A stretch of DNA of 35,661 bases. It comes from Bigelowiella natans CCMP2755 (lineage: Eukaryota; Protista; Cercozoa). Under the pieces are notes generated by a model. That model ran no database searches, had not been told where the DNA came from, and worked only from the letters and a program-made list of their open reading frames with translations. The number at the start of each line of letters is the position of its first letter. The first letter of the stretch is position 1. Shown here one piece after another: positions 10,891-22,845 of this stretch. The position numbers and the translations under genes are program-made. Location: positions 1 through 35,661 of the forward strand of contig ADNK01001720.1 in assembly GCA_000320545.1 (NCBI GenBank), in the 5' to 3' direction.

Positions 10891-13800
10891 AATATTAATT
10901 ATATGTATAACTCATTGGACGCTGCCGTGTGGTTTTCTTGGTATATACAGAGGAGCTACTGGCTCAGGTCGATGCTGCAAACGCTGAAGCTGAAAGTGGC
11001 GCCAGTGACGAGACAGGAGTCGTCACCGCCGACACAACGGATCCTTCCATTAACCAAGGCCATTCAAAAAGTACTGCTCAGGGCCAAGACGATTTTGACG
11101 ACGCTTCCGATGACTCAAAGGAGAGAGCAAAAGAGGCAGGGGATAACCCTCCTGCGGCCGGCGATGACGAAGCAGAGCAGCAGCCTCCCCAGGCTGACCC
11201 TGTCACTAAAAAAACAGTATCTCTGGACGCCGACGAAGCTGAACCCTCCGACGAAGAGAGCCCCGTGCCTGCTGTTGTGGGTGATGAGTTTGAGAACGGC
11301 CACCAATGGAGTGATGACGATGTCGACCACAGCGACATTGGTGAGGAGGGCGATAGCCACCACCACCACCGCTCATTCCAACACGCCATGGCAGGGAAAA
11401 GATCCCGCCATCGTCACAACCCGCACGTGCACTGGCCTCACAGTCATCGGTGGTTTTGGCAGCCGAAACCCACCCCCTACCCCACCCGCTACCCCACCAA
11501 GTACCCGACAAGATTTCCGTCGCCGAGCCCGACAAAGTATCCGACACAGTACCCGACGAAATACCCAACGGGATACCCGACGAAATATCCGACGAACTAC
11601 CCCACGGGATACCCCTCCCCAGGGCCCACTCACCAGCCAACCAAATACCCGACGACCAGGGTAATAATTTTCGGACTGAAGGAGGAGAACAGGGAGGGGC
11701 GAGGGGCGAGGGGCGAGGGGCGAGGGGCGAGGGCGGGGATAGGAGGGGATAGGAGGGGATAGGCGGGCGGGGGGGGGAGCGCGCGAGGAGTATATGACAA
11801 CTTGTGTGCCAAGTGAGGATGGCCCGGAAGTGATAGAGAAATAGATCAATAAAGTAAATGGACGAACAATAAACCCATGAAGCCATCGTTCCCCTATAAC
11901 TCGATCGTTGTTGTGTTTTAAAAAATATAATTATCAGGAGCCAACGACCAAATACCCCACCCCCCAGCCGACGAAGGGCCCCACAAAGAAGCCAACGATG
12001 TATCCCACTTCCGCCCCCAGGACGCACGCACCCACGCACACCCCAACCGTGTACCCGACGGTATCGCCATCGATGAGCCCGACCGAGTACCCCACGCTTT
12101 CACCGACTCTGACACCGACCGAATTCCCAACGCAATCTCCATCCACAAGTCCCACAAAGATGCCTTCGGTCTCTCCTACGGTCTGCCCCACCGCCTCGCC
12201 GACGACTCTCTCCCCAACCACCGTGACGCCCACGCAGGCCCCCACATCCAACCCGACACTTCCACCGGCGCCGATGCAGGGTTACCTCACCAGCGGCAGC
12301 TGTCGCGAGGACGGCAACGCCGCGATCTGGCACTCGGTGCTGAAGCACGGGCTGATCTCAACCTCGGGCGACCAGGACAACTGCATTGCCATCTCCCGTG
12401 ACTTCGGTGTTAAACCGGGGGTTCCCGTAGGCGTGTACCCATGCAACCCTGCGGAGAAGCTGCAGCAGTGGATCTTGCCGGTCAAGGGGGAGAACCTCGG
12501 CACCATCATCTACGCGCACAACAAGACGATGTGCCTCTCAAACACGCCGCCAACGTTTGGAGGCGAGGATGCTACGGCGTCATTCTCCATCCAGAAATGT
12601 GACCGGAACAGCCTGATGTTTGACATCGATCGAAGCCCCTTCTATTACGAGCTGCACAACCTCCGCAAGCTGCCCACGGCCTCGCTGGTGAGCGAGCTAC
12701 GAGCCCGCGGGATCAAGGCCGGCAACTCCTCGCGACACGGTCTCATCACCAAGCTCAGGAGCATGATCAAGAAGGAAATCAAGGAGAAGTACGGCCCTCC
12801 CGACGACGAATATGACAGGTACCAGTCTGACTTGATAGAGAAGGAGGTGCAGGCGGAGCAGGACAACACCACCGACCCCGACTTTATGACGTCCGAAAAG
12901 CTCATCAAGGAGCTCACGGCGCGCAATCTCTCCACCCTTGGAACTAAAGCTGAGCTGGCCGATCGGCTTGCCGACTCCATGGAAGAGTCCATCAAACTCA
13001 ACGACGTCCTCGCCTTCACGCCGACGAGGACCTCCGCCGGGCACTACCTCTGGCCGCACAAGGGCAAGTGCATCGCCTACCGCACCGAGGAGAACCTCGA
13101 GCAGCTGAAGGCGGTCTGCCCGCACGGGATGGCCATTGCGAACCTCAGCTTGGAGCTCTGCGGCACCTCCCTGCCCGGCGGCATGCAAGCCGTCGCGCCG
13201 ACTGGGAACCTCACCAGCAGCCAGATGGCCCTCCTGGGCGCTGCAACGGGGTCTACGATGCGGGGTGTTTCGGGCTCTGACGGGGAGCATCACCGTGGAG
13301 GCCACTACTACGACTACCATGCCCACAACCGTTCCCACGCCAGCATGGAACACCATCGAGGACGGCGTCACCAGAGGAGGAGGCAGCATCAGCAGCATCA
13401 CCACCGCGGGCAAATGGAGGTGGAGGTCAGCAGCCACTGGGCCCCCGTGCCGGGCGACCCCAAGGACTGCTGGTGGCCGTGCGGCGAGGCGGGATCCAAG
13501 TGCGAGACAAGCTTCTGTGATCTGAATGGCGTTCCGGACGGATACTGCTGCAGAAAGGGCTGGAACGAGCCCGGTTGCGGAGGGGACAGGGGTTGCAAAG
13601 GCTTCCATTGCTGCGTAGCCCCCCCCAAAACGTTCAAGCCGACGCCCTACCCGACACTTAACCCGACCCCGAGACCGACCCGGAGCGAGGCGGAGAAGGC
13701 GCTTCAGAGGGCACGGTACAGGAAGCGATTCCAAAAGCGCAAGGTGACGAGGGAGGAAAAGGTCACGCAGCCGGACGGCACCGTCACGATCGAGAAGAAA

Positions 13801-16029
13801 ACGGTCACGGAGCTGGTAGAGCTCACGTCGAGCCCCACCCGGTATCCCACCCACAAGCCAACGATCTGGCCGACACCCAAGCCGTCATCCTCCCCCACGT
13901 TCGTCCCGACCGACTTCCCGACCCCAAAGCCAACGAGCTCCCCAACCGTCAAGAGCGTTCCGCACTTCCGCTACATGTACTCCTGCGTGGCCCCCGTGGC
14001 CACGTTCGGGCGCTGTGCGCACAAAGACACACGCTGCATGAACATCATGGAGGCCCAGAACTTGCAGATCACTTGCCCAGTCTCGTCGTCTCTGCGGAGA
14101 CTGAATCACCATTCCCGGGGCTGCCCCAAGGGGGAAATGCGGATCGAATACGAGTGCTGCGGCAGCATCATGGCCTCGGCGCAAGCAGCGTCGAGGTTCC
14201 AGAAGAAGTCAGGTGTGAAGGCCAAGGGAATTGTGGGCGATGTCGCTGGAGTCACCGTTAATGTGAAGGCTCTCAGGAAACGAGCTGACTGCACTGAGAA
14301 GAAAAGCCCATGTACGGCCTCTGCCTCGCCCATCTTATCGAAAAGGTACGTTAGCGTCAGTGTGAGGAGAGAGTGTTTTGTAGTTAGGAAGACCCCCCTC
14401 TCCAGTCGTTGGTCTTTTCTCATTATTCTCTCGCTTTCTTTCTATCTCTCTCCCTCTCTCCCTTGTTCCCCCTTAAACAGAATGGCTTGTGATTCTGCCG
14501 ACTACGTGCTTGGCAGCTACCACATCAACAACAGCTCCTGCCCTGCGGTAGTACCCCCCCGCACTGGATTATAAAAAGATAGAAGAAATGATTTTCCTCT
14601 CCCCAAAAGCGACTGCATGCTCCTCCACCCCCCCCTCCCCCCCCCCCTCTTGTCTCTTCCTAACCTCGCGCGTGTTCTTCAGGGCCAAAACCGACTCGTC
14701 TGGCAGTGCTGCGCTCTGGCAAACGCTGCGGTGAACCTTAACACGGTCGCCACAAACCGAGTCACCGTCAAGATCCCACCTAGCAGCGAGGGCCTGACAA
14801 CGGCCATTGTGAAGGGCGCGTTGGGTGCAACCGCGCCGAGAGGCTTCAAGGTGAAGGTCCAGGATGAAAACATCGTCGTCATCTCGCGACAGCCGCGGCC
14901 AACCTTCCGCGACGAGGACGAGTCGTCTCTCACCGGCGCCGCGCTGGGATGGGACAAGGAGATCCGAGTCGCCGTCACCATCGGCCACACCTGGTTCCCT
15001 TACACCGGAACGTCCTTCGCAACCGACGCGGCGTCCGGGAACGCCGTGGTGCACTCCAAGGGCTTCTCCCAGCGCCAGTGTACGCTTTTGGGCGCGAACT
15101 GCTCGGCCATCAGCCCCGTGCCAAACGGATACGTGACCGCGGCGCGCCACGCCACGGCCAGCAAGTCGCCGACCGGCGGGCAGAACGCTTACGTCAAGAT
15201 CCCCGGTAAAGCTGTGGGCCGCTACGCCGTCTCTCCCGGAGGCGGATCGGGCACAGCGGTTTGCCTGGACAAGAAGGACGATCTGCACGCCCAGGCCCTC
15301 TGCTGCGACAGCAAGGGGCACCCCGTGGAATTCTACGGCTGCAAGCGCCAGGACTCCGCAGCCCACAACACCGGCTCCTTCCAGAAGGCCTCCAGCACCT
15401 GCGCTGCGGCCGGGCTCCATGTCTGCGGCGAGAACGCGGCCCGCACCAAGTGGGCGCGGTACATCATGAACACCAAGTGCGGCGTGCCGAAGAAGAAGGC
15501 CATCAAGGTGTGGACAAATACCCAGTGCATCCCACAGGCCTTCACAGGTCTCGGAGAGCGCGGTAAGACGTGCTCGGCGATCCAGCGCGTCAGCACCTAC
15601 CCACTGTGCATCGTCGAGTGCCGGTTCATGCCTCGCTGCAGAGCTATTATCTGGAAGCCGGGCACGCTCGATAGCGCATGCGAGCTTGCCACGCAATGCG
15701 ACGAGAGGCAGAAGGAGCCCGCCGAAGACTCGAGGAGCGCCGGCCAAAAGTCCGGCACCCTACCCGTGCTCAAGCTGCTAGGCACCGTCAGCGACGACGG
15801 GTCGGAAGATCTAGACAACGAATGGCACACGCTCAGGATGAGCGAGACCGGCGTGTTTGGAAAGGTAGCTGATGATCTCGCCGAGATGCCGGCAAGGTTC
15901 ATGTATATTGAGGACGGATTCCAAACGACAGCCTCGCTCGCGGACTTCCTTGCCTTCTTAGCTGACTCGAACGAGCTTGTCTTCGGTAGAAGCACTGCTA
16001 GTGCACGCACACACAGCCTTCCCAAATAG

Positions 16030-16065
<36 letters not shown>

Positions 16066-16328
16066 ACACACAAATACGCGCTCTTACGCGAGTATATTCA
16101 TTTATTTATATTGATTTCTTTATATGTTCATGATGTAGGGGGAAATTCCGCCTTCGCTTCGGTGATGCATAGGGTGGCAATCCCATACAAGCTTCGGTCG
16201 ATGCTCCAACCGATCCCTGGCGTTCCATCATCGATCAAGGTTCCGCAGAGGATCCACGTTGGACTCATGTATGACGTCGTGCTCGAATCCCAGCCCGTTG
16301 GTACTACTACTTACACCAACATTCCGCG

Positions 16329-16361
<33 letters not shown>

Positions 16362-18863
16362 CCTCTCTCCCCCTCTCTCCCAAAGCGCTCAGAGACCCAA
16401 ACGTTATTCGAGTTGCCGTCTTAACCGTTGTTTCACGCTATATTCCATCCCACCCCCCCCCCCCCCATCATCACAGGCGTCTTGTTCTCGCTCTGTGACA
16501 ACTCCGTCGAGCCCGGGGCTGACGGTATCTCCTGCGTGCCATCCGCACAGCTTTGGAGCTTGGTGCTTGGTACGAGCCCGAAGCAAAAGGCCGGAAGAGG
16601 CCTCTCGATGAAGGCCAGGGCCGACGGAACAGCAACGAAGCCAGGAAAGAGCTACTTCGTTCTCGGTCGCCACGAAGGCATCCCCGAGCTTGACACCCAC
16701 GCTCCGACAGCCTCATCAACGTATCCCACCCAGCCAGCGCCCGCCCTCTACTCTGAACTCCCCGGTCGGCCAGTGGTGGAGGAGGTTGCGATGACCATGT
16801 CCGCAGCGCCCTCCGCTGCCCCCCCCGCTAAGACGACGGATGACTCTGCCTCTACCACGGTGGTGCTTCCAGATGCCAGTAGCGAGGAAGAAACAGCAGC
16901 AAACGCGACGGCGCCTGAGCTGGTGAGCGAGCCGTTCTCGGTGACGCTGAACGCCATCGTCTCCCTAGCCGAGCTCACAGACGCAAACTTTGCCAAGTGG
17001 AAAGCCGGGGTGAGCGACTTGCTCGATATCGGCCAAGAATCCTTCGCCCTCGCCCTCCCAGGAAAGGGGCGGGGGACCGGAAAAGAGGCGCTGATCTTCA
17101 CGTTCTTCAAGACCTCCAACGGCATCACTCCTGAGAGGGCAGCAACCGCCCTGAGCAACACGCCGCTCGCAGAACTACTGGCGGTTTTGGGCATTCGCAT
17201 CTCGGCCGCAAGTATGCCCAAGATGGCCAAGAAAAACGAAGCTGGTGTGGTGATTGCGTCTCCGGCAACAGCAGAGGAGATGCTAATGCTGGAAGCTCTT
17301 CTCGCCTCTGCCTCGCCGACAGCATTCCCAACAGTCGTCCCTCCGCCTTTTCCTCCTTCTCCTCCCTTGATGAGAAACGAGACAATGATCCTGCCGAATC
17401 CTAGCCCGACGGGGGCCCCCACCATCACCAATACGACGGTGACAGAAGCCGAGGCCCAGGTGGCGACGCAAAACGGCACGCTGAGCGATGAGGAGGTCAG
17501 CGAGCTGTCAGATGTGGAGAAAACCAAGGTGCAGCCTGTTTTCGTGTACACGGTAAGAATTCACGTGGTCGACGCGGTCGGGGAATTGACTGCGAAGAAG
17601 CTGGCGCAATGGAAGCTTAGCCTCGCCAAGCTGGTCCACATCAGTACGGATGCTTTCACCCTGAGGGTGATGAAGCAGAATCGCAGAACGTTTGTTGCGG
17701 CTTTCGAGAAACCGACGATCATGCAGACTGCTGATGGGCTCCAGCACATCTACCCCGCCGCAATGGCCGCCGCGGCCCTGAGCAAAGTCAGCATTGAAAA
17801 GCTGACGATCGCTCTTGGGAACACGGTCATTCTAGTCGAGGTCCCCACTGTGGACCCGAAGAAGTCTCCAGCCAACTGCCCGACATGCGAAGACTGTACG
17901 GCACTGTGCGCCAACATCTCGGCTAAGATTCCCCCACCAGCATGCCCTAAGTGTGAGAAATGCCAACCCTGCAATATTACGCTGCCGGTAACCGCAGCAG
18001 CCCCAGCCCCCGTCGCCAATGTCACCGAGGAGCCCGTGATCCCTCCTCATATAGTCCCGGCAAATCCACTTGAGGCAAAGCAAACGGCCGCGCCCACATC
18101 GGGCCCCACCACCAACTCTCTCTCCCCCACCCGATATCCTACCGAGATGGAGGTGCCAACAGCGTTCCCCACCTCGATGATTGACACCTTGACCGACCAC
18201 CTGCTCGATGAGGAGCTCACGGAGGCGCCCATTTCAATCGCAGCCCCCGCACTCAATATCACCACCACCATCACCACCACCACCACCACTCCGCCGCCAA
18301 CAGCGTCCGCGCCCATCCCTGCCTCCCCCCCTGCCCCGTGCGAAAAATGCCCGAAGGTGGCTTGCGAATCGACAACGGTAAAACTGATTCCCTACCCAGG
18401 AATGCCTTGCGGCTGTCCTGTGTGCAGCAACTCGTCCGGTGTAGACGTCGGAGCCGTTGTCAATACGACGGTGCATGCTGTAGTCGATGCGCTCATGTCC
18501 AAGATGACGCCGCCGGCACAGCCGGCGGTGGGAGAAACGCCGCCAGTGGAACCCACCGAGGCCGCTAGCAGCTTCCCCACATTCTACCCCACGTACCCAG
18601 CGGTTGAGACACCGCCAGCAGCTGCTGCGATGAGCCAGCCTGCTATTGAGGAGCTAGGCAGCTTAAAGCCCCTGCTAGATGCACATGAAGCGGCGGCAGC
18701 AACAGCCCCTCTTTACGACGACGGCGAACCTATTGTCTCGGGGCTCCAAAAGCCCATCATAGATGATCCGACATCGAAACCGGCAATAGAATACATGTCG
18801 CCGGAGGAAAGGAATGAGCAGCTTCAGGCCACTGTTGTCGACTGCCAACACCCAGACTGCTAG
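8747..18863 (+). CDS. Giant secreted mosaic protein (~2,940 aa if the frame break near 9680 is bridged), function unknown
   Basis: Hydrophobic N-terminus (IGRIAIALATLSLTNSVT). Exons 8747-9013, 9187-10715 (contains +1 frame break), 10951-11660, 11938-14345, 14481-14547, 14683-15985, 16139-16300, 16477-18863, all GT-AG and phase-consistent. Cys-rich modules, PT/YPT repeats, many NxS/T sites, no clear TM anchor. Confidence 0.8.
11461..12270 (+). repeat. Coding PT/YPT tetrapeptide repeats (PTxYPT, SPT) spanning an intron
   Basis: PTPYPTRYPTKYPTRFPSPSPTKYPTQYPTKYPTGYPT... and PTVYPTVSPSMSPTEYPTLSPT... in the translations. Confidence 0.9.
11694..11763 (+). repeat. G-rich intronic minisatellite (GGGGCGA)n followed by (GGGGATAGGA)n
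   Basis: Directly visible tandem 7-mer and 10-mer units inside intron 11661-11937. Confidence 0.9.
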
Positions 18864-19856
18864 TCACGCGCAGTGTGCGAGTGCGACAGTAGAGATTTAG
18901 GTCATGTTGCAATGCCGAACAAACCAAACAAATGCACGCTAGCACGCTGAAGAAAGGAAAGAAAGACGAATGAATGACAAAAGGCACACACCCCTAGAAC
19001 CACGTGCTAGCATGGCTAGATGGCAGTGCAACATGGGACATGTAATTAAAAAAATTATTATTACGACTTCAAACTTATCCAACAAAAAAGCTACATGCAC
19101 ATGTCTGCTAGCTGCAAAATTGTAGCGCTGAGCGAACGCTACGATCGAATATTGCATTGCTCATTGAACACCTAGCGTGATAGGATAATGACATATTTAG
19201 TGATGTGCGTGCGTAACTAAGTACATATGATGTGCAGTAGTGCGCCGTCAGCATCGCTGAGCATGCATGCATGATGCTAGCGACCGAGTGCTATGCTATG
19301 GCTACGATGAGCACGGACCGGTCTAGCAGCCATGTCATGCAGCAGCTAGCGTGGCTAATCTAGCAATCAGCAGTATAGTTCAAATCACACGACAGCCTGC
19401 TGTTCTCGTACACCTAAGAATGCAGGATCCACATAAAGAAGTGCCCGGGTAACGCTTTAACGCGTACGTACAATGTGCCAGGCTATCCGCTCGCAAGCGC
19501 TCTGCTACATCTGCGCTGTACCTCAATATGTACGATCAGCGATGCGGGATGCAGCTGTAGCTAGATCGTCGGCGCGCGACGACTGCAGCGCTAGTGCATG
19601 CGTCCTTATACAATTACCTTCCTTCTAGCTCGTCGCCATCGAATGAGAAAACATTGCATGTAGTGACGCAGGGTTGCACCATTGTCGTTATCATTCTATA
19701 GCATATTGCTCATGGCTATATCGATCATTCTTCATTCCTCTGCTATCGCGAGACCCGGCCACCACCATCACTCACGTCTTCTTCAACGTCAAAGGCCACC
19801 CCTGCCATGTCTACCTACTGTTCATCCTCTACACAGTATTGCAATCGCCCTATTCA

Positions 19857-20542
19857 TTACCCCCCCCCCGCTCCCTGTGATTCGTGTTGGTCATCTAGAG
19901 ACCATTTGCACAGCTTCCAGACGGCCTTGATGTTCTCCTCGTGTGCGCCAAGCCTTGCCACCGCCACGGACAAAGCGCCCTCCATACCAGCTTCCCCCGC
20001 AGCCGCTGGAGCTCGCTTGCCCTCGTGATTTGCGCGACTCCGAGCTTTCTGCTCCCATTCTTCCACGAACTTGAACCAAAATTTATGGCTGATGTCAAGA
20101 AGGCGTTTGTCACAGGATTTTGATGCTTCGTCGGTATCTCCCACGCTTGCTGCTGGTGCTGCTGGTGGTGGCGGTGGTGGTGCGAGCACGACGTCTTCCT
20201 TCTTAGCTCGCGATAAGATAGCGACGGTCACCTTTCGAATCGCGTCGCAGCGGTCCTGCATGCATATGCTGCTGCCACCACTGGTAAGAAGGCTAGAAGA
20301 AGAAGAAGAAGACCTTGTCGCAGCCGTGGCTGTTGTCGCAGCGGTCGTCATCGTTGTCGCCTTCCTCTTCGTTGTTATCCTTGATATAGCAGTAGTGGTA
20401 GTAGCAGCAGTAGTAGTGGTAGCAGCGTTAATAGTAGTAGTAGTAGTAGTAGTAGTAGTAGCGAGGCCCTCATCATTATCACCGTCGTCATCACAATCAT
20501 GCTTATCATCCATTGCCTCTTTTCCTCCTTTTTTTCCCCCCC

Positions 20543-20573
<31 letters not shown>

Positions 20574-22544
20574 TTCTTCTTCTTGTGGAGCTTCCATCTC
20601 TTCCTTGCCGCCTCCTTCTTCTCGGCGATTGCTGAAGTAGCGGAGGATTCTGGGTGCTAAGTTGAATTCCCAGTCTTCATGGCAAAGGTTCTTCAGCGCG
20701 GTGCCTTCGCGCGCAAGCGTTAGACGGCGGAGACGGCGGCGGCGACGATGGCGCCTGATCCGCCTTGTGAGCTGGTCACAGCCACCGCTATTCCTCGACG
20801 CAACACCCAACAGTGAAGGCGGACTCTGAGTTGATGATTTGCAGCCCTTCTCGCTGTTCCTATGGGAAAGCTGCGGGTTGTTGTCGCAGCTACTGCTGCT
20901 GCTTGTATATCCGCTGGCTGCGAGGCTGATGTTTCTCATTCTGCCTATTATCGATTGCTTCTTGTCGTTGGGTGGGCGCCGGGGCTTTGGGTTTTGGGCG
21001 TGCTTTGACTTCATGTGCAGGAGCAGACCGCTGTTATCAAAGTCCTCATCGCTATCGCTATTGGCCATCAGCTTCACAGTCAATACATCATCGTCGTCGT
21101 CGTCATCATCATCTTCTTCTCCGTACTCGTCGCCTTCGGTAGCCGCCTCATCCGTGGTGTAGTCTTCGCCGTCACCTTGCCTCACCCACTTCCCTCTCAC
21201 GCTCGGCGATTGCTGGCAAAATCCTTCATCTTCCTCGGTGCTGAAGTCCTCCTCGTCCCCCTCCCCCTTCTCAAAGAATTGCTGCGGCGGCTGCTGCCGA
21301 TAGCTGTAGCGTCCATCGCACTTCATTCCCGTTATTTCCCTTTTCTTGTCAGCAGAACCAATGCCATTTTCTATCATATTGATGGTCGCGGCGCTTGCGA
21401 TTGTCTTCCAAGGATGGCTCTTACTCCTTCCTGGCCTTCTTAACTGTTCGGCTGACGCCGGTGCTGATGCTGGTTGCTCCATCTGCCCCCCCCCTTCTTC
21501 CCCGTTGCTTCCTCGCTCTCCCTCCACTATTGACGACCGCGTTGATAAATGATAAAGGGCGCTTTTCTGGCTTGCATCATTTTGATTGAGACGCAGCCCC
21601 CCCTTCCTCACGCCGAAGTTTCCCTGTTCTCCCTTCTTTTCCTCCTCGGCATAGTCCTCGTCTGTGACGATGTCCGTGTCGTTTTCTGTGCTGATGTCGT
21701 CGCTGTCGCAGTCTGGCTGCTGGTCGTAGTCGGTGGGGTCCAGGAGGCGATGCCTAGTGTAGGAGCGGCGTACGTTGATCTTGCCATTACGAACCAGATC
21801 TCGAACGAATTTGAAACGTGGCCGGCGACGGGCCAATGGCTCGGAGGCTCGATTGTCATCCTTACCACTAAGACTAGCATCCTTCCCTCTACGAGAATCA
21901 TTGCTGCTACTCGCACGATTACGATTGGTTGCGGTGTTGTCGGAGGAGGGTGGGAGCCATTCTTCTGCAGCACGGTCGGCATCCTTGCGGGCTTCTTCAC
22001 GCCGTCGATCCAGATGCTGCGCTCTCCACCTTGCTCTAGTCGCATTTTTCAACCTACGAAGGCGTCGCTGCTTCGCAGATATCTCGCGCTTCCTATGACT
22101 TCGATCTAGGGAAGACTTTGAGGGGGGGGGGGTTGCAGCTGAGTGGAGGGCCTAACAAATGAAAGACTTCTGAGGCCGTGCAAATAACACCAGGGAGAAT
22201 TATTAGATTGAATACCTCAACCGGCTTGTCCGTTGGGCGTACGTAATGCCTTCTCCAAGCTTTTGGTTTCTTCATTCGGATCATCCCTGGAATGGAGTGA
22301 TTCACCGGGAGTAGCAGCTTCCCCTTCTTCCCCATCGAACCACGTCCCTGAGCAAACGCAGTTTTTAAGGGGGCACATCTTATTTCGAAGGCTAGAACAA
22401 AACGCTGCCCCGAGTACTCACATGTCTCTTTTTGAGCTTCTCTTCGTCATCCTTGTGAGCCTTCCGCCACCCCTTCACATTGAGCAGAGACTTGATCAAA
22501 TTGGTGTCCCTCTCGAAGTCGCACGCAAGAGATATAGTCGTCAT
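19857..22544 (-). CDS. Hypothetical low-complexity, largely disordered protein
   Basis: 731-aa ORF 19857-22052 extends upstream through two phase-0 introns: MTTISLACDF...KKRH | GRGSMGKKGK...DKPVE | ALHSAATPPPSKSSLDRSHRKRE... Poly-D/E/T/S/R tracts; a few helical islands (WEFNLAPRILRYF, KFWFKFVEEWEQK). The 3' end follows a G-run and is uncertain. Confidence 0.7.
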
Positions 22545-22845
22545 CCGAAGAAGAAGGAAGGGCGGCAGATCTCTAGTTCGAATGGCACATAGCTAGGCCA
22601 CTATCCTACCCAACTTTTATGCAAAGCTTTCGGGGGGTGGGTGTCGTTCTCCATTCCTCCCGATCCTTCGATAAATCACAAGCGACAAGGTTTTCACCTT
22701 TTCTCTGGCGTAAAATCCACTCAATTCCTGCGGTAATAACATTATCAAAATAGTTGAGGGTTAAGCTCATGCGACAACGATCATAGGCGCTCGGAGATGG
22801 AAAAACCCCGTAGTCATCGAGCAGACCGGACCAAACTCAACTAAG
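22545..22845. promoter_or_regulatory. Putative bidirectional promoter, unknown gene / eIF4E
   Basis: 301 bp between divergent ATGs. Positional inference. Confidence 0.55.

Noticed and set aside
12697-15747. Long antisense ORFs (385 aa at 12697-13854, 392 aa at 14569-15747)
   Set aside because: Shadows of the GC-rich sense CDS; no recognisable motifs.
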